From an uncultured Alphaproteobacteria bacterium (GTDB lineage: Bacteria > Pseudomonadota > Alphaproteobacteria > Rs-D84): a stretch of 64,000 nt of DNA. Below are positions 10,017 to 17,789 of the stretch, piece after piece. Each line of letters starts with the position of its first letter. The stretch's first letter is position 1. The position numbers and the translations under genes were made by a program. The notes under the pieces are model-generated. The model did no database searches, had not been told where the DNA came from, and saw only the letters and a program-made list of their open reading frames with translations. Where the stretch lies: contig CAJOGC010000002.1 of assembly GCA_905234185.1 (NCBI GenBank), positions 103,949-167,948 on the forward strand. The letters are read 5' to 3'.

Positions 10017-11183
10017 TCAATGAAACACATAGCAATCGATTCCGTTCGCGGTCGCGGTCGCTTTTAACGACTGCGCCGCGCTTTCCGTCAGCCCATATGC
10101 ACGCACACGGAACAGTCCACTTGGCGCAGTTTCGATAATTGGTGTTGCGCCAGTCACACGTTGAACGGTCGCAATCATTTTTGATGCGGCATCGCGCGAT
10201 GAAAACGCCCCGAATTGAACCCCTGGACCACTGTGCGATGCGGTTGGCACATGATTTGTTGCCGCATGATATGCCCCCGCAAAAGTGTTCACCGCTGTTG
10301 CGCTTTCATAATTTTGATTCTGTTGTTGTGGTTTGCTTTCTACTGGTGTTGCCACTGGGGTTTCACGCACAACCATTGCCGGTGCCGGATTTTTTTCAAC
10401 CATTGCGAAACCACGATTCAGCAAATTTGTTGCCACCGCGGCACGTACATCTTTGTTTTCCGCCCCCAAAACAACCGCCATAAGATGTTTATCACCACGT
10501 CGCGCGGTTGCAACCAATGAATATTTTGATTTATTTGTGTATCCGGTTTTCATACCATCACAGCCCGGGAAAGATCCCAACAAACGATTTCCATTGGTAT
10601 ATGTTTTACCACCATACGTCCATGTTTTGATTCCAAAATACTTCCAATATTGCGGGAAATGTTTATACACCGCCATCGACACCAACGCAATATCACGCGC
10701 CGTTGATAAATGGTCATCATCCGGCAGGCCCGAACTGTTTTCAAAATTAGTCCGCGACAGCCCTATTTCGCGTGCGACACGCGTCATCAGGGACGCAAAA
10801 TTGCCCTCTTTGCCACCTTTCAGATTTTCCGCCAACACGCGTGCGATATCGTTCGCACTGTGCACCGCGACCGCCTTGATCGCATCTTCTACTGTAATTT
10901 TGGAACCCGCCGGAATACCAAGTTTTACCGGTTCCGCATTCGCCGCCGCATTGGACACAATCAGATAGTCATCCAAATGCAACCGCCCATGTTCCAACGC
11001 ATCAAACGTCAGATACAGCGTCATAATTTTTGTTAAACTTGCCGGATAGTTCAAATCAGTTGCGTTTTCCGAATACAGAACCCGCCCCGAATCCATATCG
11101 GCGACCATTGCCGCGCGGTAATTTGCCGCGTGTGCAATCGATGCTATAAACAGCATCGGTAAAATAAGAAATCTTCCCTTCAT
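10017..11183 (-). CDS. D-alanyl-D-alanine carboxypeptidase (PBP5 family) with C-terminal SPOR domain
   Basis: Signal peptide, an SLTKIMT active-site serine motif, and a C-terminal GVQFGAFSSRDAASKM...LFRVRAYGL SPOR-type repeat. Confidence 0.8.
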   Translation of the reverse strand: MKGRFLILPMLFIASIAHAANYRAAMVADMDSGRVLYSENATDLNYPASLTKIMTLYLTFDALEHGRLHLDDYLIVSNAAANAEPVKLGIPAGSKITVEDAIKAVAVHSANDIARVLAENLKGGKEGNFASLMTRVAREIGLSRTNFENSSGLPDDDHLSTARDIALVSMAVYKHFPQYWKYFGIKTWTYGGKTYTNGNRLLGSFPGCDGMKTGYTNKSKYSLVATARRGDKHLMAVVLGAENKDVRAAVATNLLNRGFAMVEKNPAPAMVVRETPVATPVESKPQQQNQNYESATAVNTFAGAYHAATNHVPTASHSGPGVQFGAFSSRDAASKMIATVQRVTGATPIIETAPSGLFRVRAYGLTESAAQSLKATATANGIDCYVFH

Positions 11184-11278
11184 AGCAATTAAAGTTTAGT
11201 AAAATTTTAGTGCGTGGGTCAATAGAGAAATAGAAAACTTTATTTGATTATTATTGCACAATCCTTATAATTTATGCC

Positions 11279-12961
11279 ATGAAACAAAAGTCATACATTA
11301 TTGACGATAAACAACTGATGTCCGAATGGGACTGGGATGCCAATGTTGGTTTAGATCCGAAAACATTAACCCGTGGATCAAATAAAAAGGCATGGTGGGT
11401 ATGTTCGGTATGTGGGCATAAATGGTGTGCCGATATACATCATAGAGCCGTAAGAAAACAAGGTTGTTTAAACTGCCGATATGTATATAAAAAACAACTT
11501 GCTTCTATTTTGTCTGAAACACATCCAAAAGTCCTTAAATACTGGGATTTTTCAAAAAATAAATTGATAACCCCCGAAATTGTCAGCCAGAATTCGCGTA
11601 AAAGCGTTTGGTGGCATTGTCCAGATTGTGGCCATGAATGGGAAGAAAAAATAAAAAATCAGGTTAAAAAATTAGTTTGGTGCCCACATTGTAAGAAGGG
11701 AATTAAAGATTTGGCTTCTGTGGAACCAGAACTTGCAAAAGAATGGCATAAAACAAAAAATACTGATGCCCCAGAACATATTTCGTATGCTTCTAACAAA
11801 TATGCATGGTGGAAATGCCAAAAGTGTGGTTACGAATGGAAAGCCAGAATAGCCAACAGGTCAATATTGAAACGGGGGTGTCCTTGTTGTTCTGGTGGTG
11901 CGGTTGTCGTCGGAATAAACGATTTAAAAACAAAGTTTCCGCATATAGCAAAAGAATGGCACCCTACAAAAAACGGTGAACTTTTACCAGAACAAGTCAC
12001 TTCTGGTACAAGAAAGAAAGTTTGGTGGCAATGCCCACTGGGACACGAATACCAAGCAACGGTAGGACACAGGACATCACAAAATGGCACAGGGTGTCCA
12101 ATATGTTATTCAGGACGTCAAACATCATTCGCTGAACAGGCTGTATTCTTTTATGTAAAACAATTATATCCCGACGCACTAAGCAGGTATAAGGCAGACT
12201 TTTTGGGAAAATTTGAATTGGATATTTATATCCCATCAATCAAATATGCGATAGAATACGATGGTGAAGCATGGCATAAAGCGAATAAATTAGAACGCGA
12301 AAAACGAAAGTATCAATTGTGCAAACAGAACGGCATCACATTACTCAGATTACGAGAAAAGGAACCAGAACATGATGCTGAAGTGGCAGATGATATAATT
12401 TGTGTGAAAAATCTATACGAACACAGAAATCTTGAAATGGTATTAAGACGGTTATTGGTGAAATTGAACCCGCAATCGGTAATGCCTGACAACTTTGTTA
12501 ATTTGGCCAGGGATAATCATAAAATCTTGGAATATAAAAAATCGGCCATATCAGAATCATTGATGTCCGTCAGACCAGATATTGCGATGGAATGGCATCC
12601 AACAAAAAATGGTAACCTGTTACCAAGTATGTTTAAAGCAGGTTCTGAACATAAAGTATGGTGGATTTGTCCAAAGTGTGCCACCGAATATCAAACAAGT
12701 ATTGCTCATAGAACAGATAAAAAGGTTCCAACAGGATGCCCAAAGTGTGGCAAAGAGCGAAGTGACTTAGCGAAAAGTGTCGCTGTAAATATGTTAGATT
12801 TGAAAACGAAAAAAGTATTAAAAACATTCGTTTCTGTATCAGATGCATCAAGGCAAATGAAAATCAATTTATCTAACATATGTATGGCTTGCAAAGGCCA
12901 ACGCAACCAAGCTGGTGGGTACGGTTGGGAATATAATTTAAAAATATGCAAAAGAAAATAA
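11279..12961 (+). CDS. zinc-ribbon-repeat / PD-(D/E)xK (DUF559-like) / NUMOD1 composite protein (homing-endonuclease-like), 560 aa
   Basis: Five WW-x-C-x2-C-x-H-x-W...C-x2-C treble-clef repeats. The central block FELDIYIPSIKYAIEYDGEAWH...GITLLRLRE matches the DUF559/Vsr-like nuclease core. The C-terminal block VSVSDASRQMKINLSNICMACKGQRNQAGGYGWEY matches the NUMOD1 pattern. Confidence 0.6.
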   Translation: MKQKSYIIDDKQLMSEWDWDANVGLDPKTLTRGSNKKAWWVCSVCGHKWCADIHHRAVRKQGCLNCRYVYKKQLASILSETHPKVLKYWDFSKNKLITPEIVSQNSRKSVWWHCPDCGHEWEEKIKNQVKKLVWCPHCKKGIKDLASVEPELAKEWHKTKNTDAPEHISYASNKYAWWKCQKCGYEWKARIANRSILKRGCPCCSGGAVVVGINDLKTKFPHIAKEWHPTKNGELLPEQVTSGTRKKVWWQCPLGHEYQATVGHRTSQNGTGCPICYSGRQTSFAEQAVFFYVKQLYPDALSRYKADFLGKFELDIYIPSIKYAIEYDGEAWHKANKLEREKRKYQLCKQNGITLLRLREKEPEHDAEVADDIICVKNLYEHRNLEMVLRRLLVKLNPQSVMPDNFVNLARDNHKILEYKKSAISESLMSVRPDIAMEWHPTKNGNLLPSMFKAGSEHKVWWICPKCATEYQTSIAHRTDKKVPTGCPKCGKERSDLAKSVAVNMLDLKTKKVLKTFVSVSDASRQMKINLSNICMACKGQRNQAGGYGWEYNLKICKRK

Positions 12962-13052
12962 AAAACACCGGTGTTCTTGTCTCGGCGTAGTCGCGGCATC
13001 GCTGTGCGATGACGGACGAAGACGGATGCCGGTGTTTTTTTTGTATTTTTTT
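12962..13052. terminator. terminator-like hairpin (aaaaaacaccgg...ccggtgttttttt) interrupted by a ~55-bp insertion in the loop
   Basis: The arms caccggtg/gccggtg are flanked by an A run and a T run. The loop contains an extra palindromic sequence (gcatcgctgtgcgatgac). Confidence 0.45.
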
Positions 13053-13056
13053 ACAC

Positions 13057-13467
13057 CTATTCTACCAAATGCGCATCCAGAAACATTGATTGCGACAGGG
13101 CGTTAAAGAAGTTCTGATATGCGGCTGGGGCGGTTATTTCATGCAAACCTGCCGATGCATTGGCACGAACCAACATTTGCTTTTTACCAGATGGACGAAC
13201 CGAAACAGTCATCTTGGAATTATTGGTGAATGATGTCCCGCTGACCGTCCCCAGTGTTTCATCTGCACGATCAATAATGAAACCCAAATCTTGCATTGTG
13301 GAAATCACACTGCGCAGCACCATTTTTTTATCCGATGTGTCAAACATACGCGATTGATAATTGCGCGTCGCCACCTGAGAATTAGCGGTTCCCAAAACAC
13401 TTTGACTGGTTGTCATACAACCGGTTAATAATGTTAACCCGAAAATCGCAATAAATATTTTCTTCAT
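13057..13467 (-). CDS. lipoprotein, paralog of the next gene
   Basis: Lipobox LLTGC. The C-terminal motif YQNFFNALSQSMFLDAHLVE is shared with the next gene. Strong SD (agggggg). Confidence 0.6.
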   Translation of the reverse strand: MKKIFIAIFGLTLLTGCMTTSQSVLGTANSQVATRNYQSRMFDTSDKKMVLRSVISTMQDLGFIIDRADETLGTVSGTSFTNNSKMTVSVRPSGKKQMLVRANASAGLHEITAPAAYQNFFNALSQSMFLDAHLVE

Positions 13468-13477
13468 ATATAACCCC

Positions 13478-13993
13478 CTATATTTCATGCGCGGTCAAGA
13501 ATAACGACTGGCTTAACTTATCAAAGAATTCGCGATATGTTTTTTGATCTGTTATCTTTTCGTTACGCGTTTCATGCATATTATTTGTCACCGCGCGTGC
13601 GAAAGTTATGCGGACATTGTATCCTTTGGACTCTTTACTTTTTGTTGATACCAATGTTGTGTAAATCTTTTGTTCGGTATCGTAAACAGGTTGGGTATCA
13701 CTCATTGCCGCCAGCAATATTATTGCCGCCTTGGCACCGGTGGAACTGGCCTCGCGATTTTTATATGCAGTAATAAGGCCCAGTTTTGTTTCTGTTTCGT
13801 CCAGCGTAAAGCCTAAATCTTGCAATACACCGGCGGACGCGGCCAGAATTGTTTCTTCTTTATCCGTTTCAAACCGCATGGTTTCCATTTGACGACGGGC
13901 CAGATAGTCGCTGTCCAATTGATAATAGTTATCATACGACACACAACCAGACAAACCGAATACGCACAAAAAAATCGCGATTAGCCGTTTCAT
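13478..13993 (-). CDS. lipoprotein, paralog of the previous gene
   Basis: Lipobox GLSGC. Shares the QDLGF core and the C-terminal YREFFDKLSQSLFLTAHEI with the previous gene. Confidence 0.6.
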   Translation of the reverse strand: MKRLIAIFLCVFGLSGCVSYDNYYQLDSDYLARRQMETMRFETDKEETILAASAGVLQDLGFTLDETETKLGLITAYKNREASSTGAKAAIILLAAMSDTQPVYDTEQKIYTTLVSTKSKESKGYNVRITFARAVTNNMHETRNEKITDQKTYREFFDKLSQSLFLTAHEI

Positions 13994-14003
13994 TTACGCC
14001 CTA

Positions 14004-14384
14004 TTAAAATGTTGATGTCCGATATGCAAAGTCGCGAACGCGATTGTCTTCGTCAAACTTTACAATAATGGTCAATGTGCGTTGGTTGCTTGATGCTTTG
14101 GCACTTTCCGCGCCCGCTATCAATAACCACACACCGGAACTGGATTTAGAAACATTGCTGGACACGCGGTCATACACCCATGTTTCGCGACGTTTATCGT
14201 CGGTTGTCACCATGTTTGGCGACCCCAGAACCTCAACCACTTCGGCGGATGTCATACCAACCTTTATTTCACGTTGTGCCTTTGCAACCGTCATTTGTTC
14301 TTCGCGAATCGGGTCCGTTCCCGTTGTGCACGCGGTTAATAGTGGTGTGGTTGCTAAACAAATTGCCAATAATACTTTTTTCAT
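14004..14384 (-). CDS. BamE/SmpA-OmlA-like outer-membrane lipoprotein
   Basis: Lipobox LLTAC, a KVGMTSAEVVEVLGSPN motif typical of BamE, ~126 aa. Confidence 0.5.
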   Translation of the reverse strand: MKKVLLAICLATTPLLTACTTGTDPIREEQMTVAKAQREIKVGMTSAEVVEVLGSPNMVTTDDKRRETWVYDRVSSNVSKSSSGVWLLIAGAESAKASSNQRTLTIIVKFDEDNRVRDFAYRTSTF

Positions 14385-14438
14385 ATATATCTCCTTTTGT
14401 GTTTTTGATTATATAATTTTAGATAAATAAAGCAAATG

Positions 14439-15824
14439 TTAATCCAGTGTTCTTAAACTTATTTTTTCATCATCGACAATCACCAGTTTACCGGTGTGAA
14501 TACCGAATCGGCGGGCGGAATTAAACCCGTCGCGCATACCAAATAACTGTGTATCAAACAACGATGAAACGCCACGCAATAAACATAATTGATTTGCAAC
14601 CATACTGTCATTACATACCGCGATGATTGGAATATCGGGCTTGCGACAAGAAATCTGAATCGTCGCATCTGTATCACGCGCAAAAACAACAATCGCCGAC
14701 GCATGATTTAAAAACGCCATTGACGACACCGAACGTGACCAATCGTTTTGCGGCACGTTATCAACACGCGACCAATCATATGGATTCGCAATTGTGTCGG
14801 AATCCGAAAAAGTCAAAATGCGCGCCATTGTTTCGACTGTATTAACCGGATTTACACCAACGGTTGTTTCTTCACTGGTCATTGCCGAATCGGCGCGCAG
14901 ATATGCCGTGTTCGCAACATCCGATATTTCCGCACGGGTTGGAAAATCACTTTCCACCATCGATGCCAGCATTTGCGTCGCGATTATTACCGGTTTATTC
15001 ATCATGCGACAAACACGAATTATTTTGCGAGTGATTGCCGGCACTTGCTCATACGGAACCTCTACCGCTAAATCGCCACGCGCAATCATAATACCGTCGG
15101 ACACCGACACAATTTCATCAATGCGTTCCACCGCATTTGGACGTTCAATCTTCGCAATAATTTTTATCGGGTATGCAGTGCGTCGCGCAATGAAGTCACG
15201 CACAAACGCAATGTCGGACGCCCGTTGCACAAACGATATTGCAACATAGTCCGGCCGTTTTGTGATTGCGTATTCTAAATCTTCCCGGTCCTTTGCGGTT
15301 AAAACAGATGTTGTAATTTCCGTATCCGGCAAATTAAATCCGCGTCGCGACCATATTTCCGTTCCACGAACGACGGTTGCAACGACTTTGTGTTTAGAAA
15401 CCGATTCCACACGCATTTCAATCTTGCCATCATTCAACAAAATGCGGTCATCAACATTAAGTGATTTTAGAACATCGTTGTCCGGCAAATAAACACGTTT
15501 TGAATTGCCCGGTGTTGGGTCATCATCAAATGTGAAACGCCCACCAACCTTTAATGGATAATGTTCATCAGTTTCAAAATCACCAATGCGATGTTTTGGT
15601 CCCTGAATATCAACGATTACACCAACTGGTTTTTGTAATTCAGTCGCAACATCACGAATTAAATCAATCTTGTGTCCCTGGACACGTCCGGTATCATGGC
15701 TAAAATTAATACGAAAAACATCGGCACCCGCCACAACCATATCGCGTATGGTTTTGCGTGTGTCGCTGTTTGGTCCAATAGACGCGACTATTTTAGTAAA
15801 ATTATACACTCCCTCAGACGACAT
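14439..15824 (-). CDS. pyk: pyruvate kinase
   Basis: KIVASIGPNSD...FRINFSHD...KIENPNAVE-type motifs. The start is placed at MSSEGVYNF; the track ORF (to 16229) carries a spurious N-terminal extension. Confidence 0.85.
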   Translation of the reverse strand: MSSEGVYNFTKIVASIGPNSDTRKTIRDMVVAGADVFRINFSHDTGRVQGHKIDLIRDVATELQKPVGVIVDIQGPKHRIGDFETDEHYPLKVGGRFTFDDDPTPGNSKRVYLPDNDVLKSLNVDDRILLNDGKIEMRVESVSKHKVVATVVRGTEIWSRRGFNLPDTEITTSVLTAKDREDLEYAITKRPDYVAISFVQRASDIAFVRDFIARRTAYPIKIIAKIERPNAVERIDEIVSVSDGIMIARGDLAVEVPYEQVPAITRKIIRVCRMMNKPVIIATQMLASMVESDFPTRAEISDVANTAYLRADSAMTSEETTVGVNPVNTVETMARILTFSDSDTIANPYDWSRVDNVPQNDWSRSVSSMAFLNHASAIVVFARDTDATIQISCRKPDIPIIAVCNDSMVANQLCLLRGVSSLFDTQLFGMRDGFNSARRFGIHTGKLVIVDDEKISLRTLD

Positions 15825-15897
15825 TGATTTTTCTTTGTCTTGATTTTTCGATTTTATGATATAACATATTGCCATAACATAACAAGGGGAAAAATAC

Positions 15898-16146
15898 ATG
15901 AAAAACGCAAACCATGGTGCAATTGATAACGCACAGTTAATCAGCATTATCGAACGAATCGAAAAATTAAACGAAGAAACCGCCGCAATCGCCGCCGATA
16001 TCAAGGAAGTGTACAGCGAGGCCAAGTCCGCCGGTTTCGATCCAAAATATATTCGCCAAATGATACGTTTGCGTAAAATGGATCCAGACGAACTGGACGA
16101 AGCGGACGAATTAACACAAATGTATCGTTCTGCATTGGGGTTATAA
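15898..16146 (+). CDS. gapR: GapR (DUF2312) nucleoid-associated protein
   Basis: Collinear with Caulobacter GapR (IERIEKLNEE...ADIKEVYSEAKSAGFDPKYIRQMIRLRK). This is a lineage marker for alphaproteobacteria. Confidence 0.8.
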   Translation: MKNANHGAIDNAQLISIIERIEKLNEETAAIAADIKEVYSEAKSAGFDPKYIRQMIRLRKMDPDELDEADELTQMYRSALGL

Positions 16147-16460
16147 TGAAACGTTTTACAAAACGTGTTGAAGATTTTACATGCGCACATTGTGGCGCAA
16201 ATGTTTCGGGCAATGGATACACAAACCATTGCCCGAAATGCTTATATTCACGTCATGTTGATAATACACCGGGCGACCGCGCGTCGAATTGCGGTGGAAT
16301 GATGGCACCAATAAGTATTGAAAAGTCGGGAAACGATTTTATCATTACGCACCGCTGTGAAAAATGTGGCAAAACAATTCGCCAACACACCGCCGAAAAT
16401 GACGACATGGACACAATAATTTCCATTTCCACCAACGATTCGTTTGTGTTTGGAAAATAA
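16146..16460 (+). CDS. RNHCP-domain protein
   Basis: YTNHCPKCL motif and Cys clusters. The start overlaps the gapR stop (TAATG). Confidence 0.6.
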   Translation: MKRFTKRVEDFTCAHCGANVSGNGYTNHCPKCLYSRHVDNTPGDRASNCGGMMAPISIEKSGNDFIITHRCEKCGKTIRQHTAENDDMDTIISISTNDSFVFGK

Positions 16461-16471
16461 GCACAATTTTC

Positions 16472-16508
16472 TAAAAAAAAACACCGGCAAACGCCGGTGT
16501 TTTTTTAT
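16472..16508. terminator. bidirectional Rho-independent terminator
   Basis: aaaaaaaaacaccggcaaacgccggtgttttttt between convergent genes. Confidence 0.65.
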
Positions 16509-16879
16509 TCCCAATAGTCATCATAATAATCCGTTTTGGTTGTTTTTTTCTTCATAACAGGGGTTGTTTTTTGTTTCGTTTTCTTCTTTTTTTCCGTATA
16601 TGCAAATTTCCATTGTTTATAACTTAATGGTGTTTTTCCTTGTTTATCACAATTTACTAAATATTTTCTGTATTTTTCTCGTTGATTTTTACGCTTTTTG
16701 TTTTCTTGTTTTCCATATTCTATACCAATAGATAGCATTGTTATTGCGAATATTACCGCAATATAACCAATAGATAATATTATCCAAAACAAAGAACGAA
16801 TGACAACATCATCTAAACTGGCAAAAGCAGGAAAAGAGCAAGTTAAAAATAAAGACACAAAAAAGATGATTTTTTTCAT
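16505..16879 (-). CDS. hypothetical membrane protein with Lys-rich tail
   Basis: Signal peptide or TM, a second TM, a basic C-terminus. The start overlaps the upstream gene (ATGA). Confidence 0.4.
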   Translation of the reverse strand: MKKIIFFVSLFLTCSFPAFASLDDVVIRSLFWIILSIGYIAVIFAITMLSIGIEYGKQENKKRKNQREKYRKYLVNCDKQGKTPLSYKQWKFAYTEKKKKTKQKTTPVMKKKTTKTDYYDDYWE

Positions 16880-16893
16880 TTTCTTTTCCTCTT

Positions 16894-17169
16894 TCATTCA
16901 TCTAATAGATCATTTAAAATCTCTATCGCCATTTTTCCGAATCTGGCGCCATTGAAAGAAACTTTATTACTTAATACATTTGCTTGCAGTTGATGTCTTA
17001 GAGCTCTGATACTGTCCTTGCTTGGGATAGTATTAAAATAATTGTTTATTATATAATTAAAGAATTCTTGACTTTGGGCATGTGTTATTTGGTTTGCCAC
17101 AAACCGTACGTTTGATTTACCGCCCATAGAAAAATAAATCCCTTTTACGATATCATCTAGTATGAACAT
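16894..17169 (-). CDS. hypothetical protein (start adjusted to the internal ATG with an AAGGGG SD)
   Basis: ORF with good SD. The R220 repeat lies about 50 bp upstream. Confidence 0.4.
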   Translation of the reverse strand: MFILDDIVKGIYFSMGGKSNVRFVANQITHAQSQEFFNYIINNYFNTIPSKDSIRALRHQLQANVLSNKVSFNGARFGKMAIEILNDLLDE

Positions 17170-17218
17170 TATCAGCCCCTTGGTGTATATTTTATAAAAA
17201 ACAAAACCGCCCAAGAAA

Positions 17219-17414
17219 GAGCGGTCGGGGAGTTAGAAAATCAGTTAAGTATGACTCCGCGGTCTTTAGATATACACACGCGGCTCCCCAACCATAGGTC
17301 AGGGATGATTACGGTGCAAAAACACCGAAACATCATTTTAACGATGCTTTCGCACCGACTTAACAGGACTTTCTACAGCCCGAACCCAATCTCTTGGATT
17401 CATTTCTTATTATA
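17219..17414. repeat. R220 repeat, copy 1 (about 200 bp; a second copy is at 26794-26992)
   Basis: Shared blocks cggtcgggg.gtt.gaaaatca, gattacgg...caccg, cccgaacc and gattcatttcttattata. Hairpin arms 17223-17232 and 17284-17293 show a compensatory base change relative to copy 2. Confidence 0.6.
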
Positions 17415-17489
17415 CCTTATTTATGCCTAATTGCAAACAGATTGATTTATCATTGCGAGGGAGCATAGCGACCGCGGCAATCCATAAAA

Positions 17490-17616
17490 ACTACCCCGCC
17501 ACTTCGTGACACCCCTTCGCTCGCGAAGGGGATTTTACTTTCTGGAATCATAGCATAAATCCCCTTCACTGTGTGAAGGGGTGGATTGCGAACGTTAGTG
17601 AGAAAGACGGGGTAGT
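17490..17616. mobile_element. MITE family 1, copy 1 (terminal inverted repeat actaccccg...cggggtagt, two internal ccccttc...gaagggg hairpins)
   Basis: The ends are exact reverse complements. The internal tctggaatcata core is shared with the copies at 25702-25834 and 27028-27088. Confidence 0.65.
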
Positions 17617-17618
17617 CC

Positions 17619-17785
17619 CCTGCCCCCTTGTGGGGCGGGATAGATTTATTTACGAACAAAGTGAGTTAATAAATCTTGGGTGGGGGAATTATAGGCGTTC
17701 TGTTTGCCCCCACCCAAGAGTCGCTAGTTCACATACGTTCACAAGCCGACTCTGTCCCGCCCCGCACGCTTTGCGCGGGGGCAGG
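17619..17785. mobile_element. MITE family 2: empty derivative of the DUF559 element (left and right ~70-80-bp TIRs separated by a 19-bp spacer)
   Basis: Left arm ctgcccccttgtggggcgggatag...cttgggtggggg. The right arm gcccccacccaagagtcgctagttcac...ctgtcccgcccc...gggggcagg is the reverse complement of the left TIR of the element at 39430-39983. Confidence 0.65.
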
Positions 17786-17789
17786 TCAA

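Noticed and set aside
14439-16229. 596-aa pyruvate kinase ORF as given in the track
   Set aside because: The first 135 codons are a spurious read-through extension. The conserved Pyk N-terminus begins at MSSEGVYNF with the ATG at 15824, so the CDS is reported as 14439-15824.
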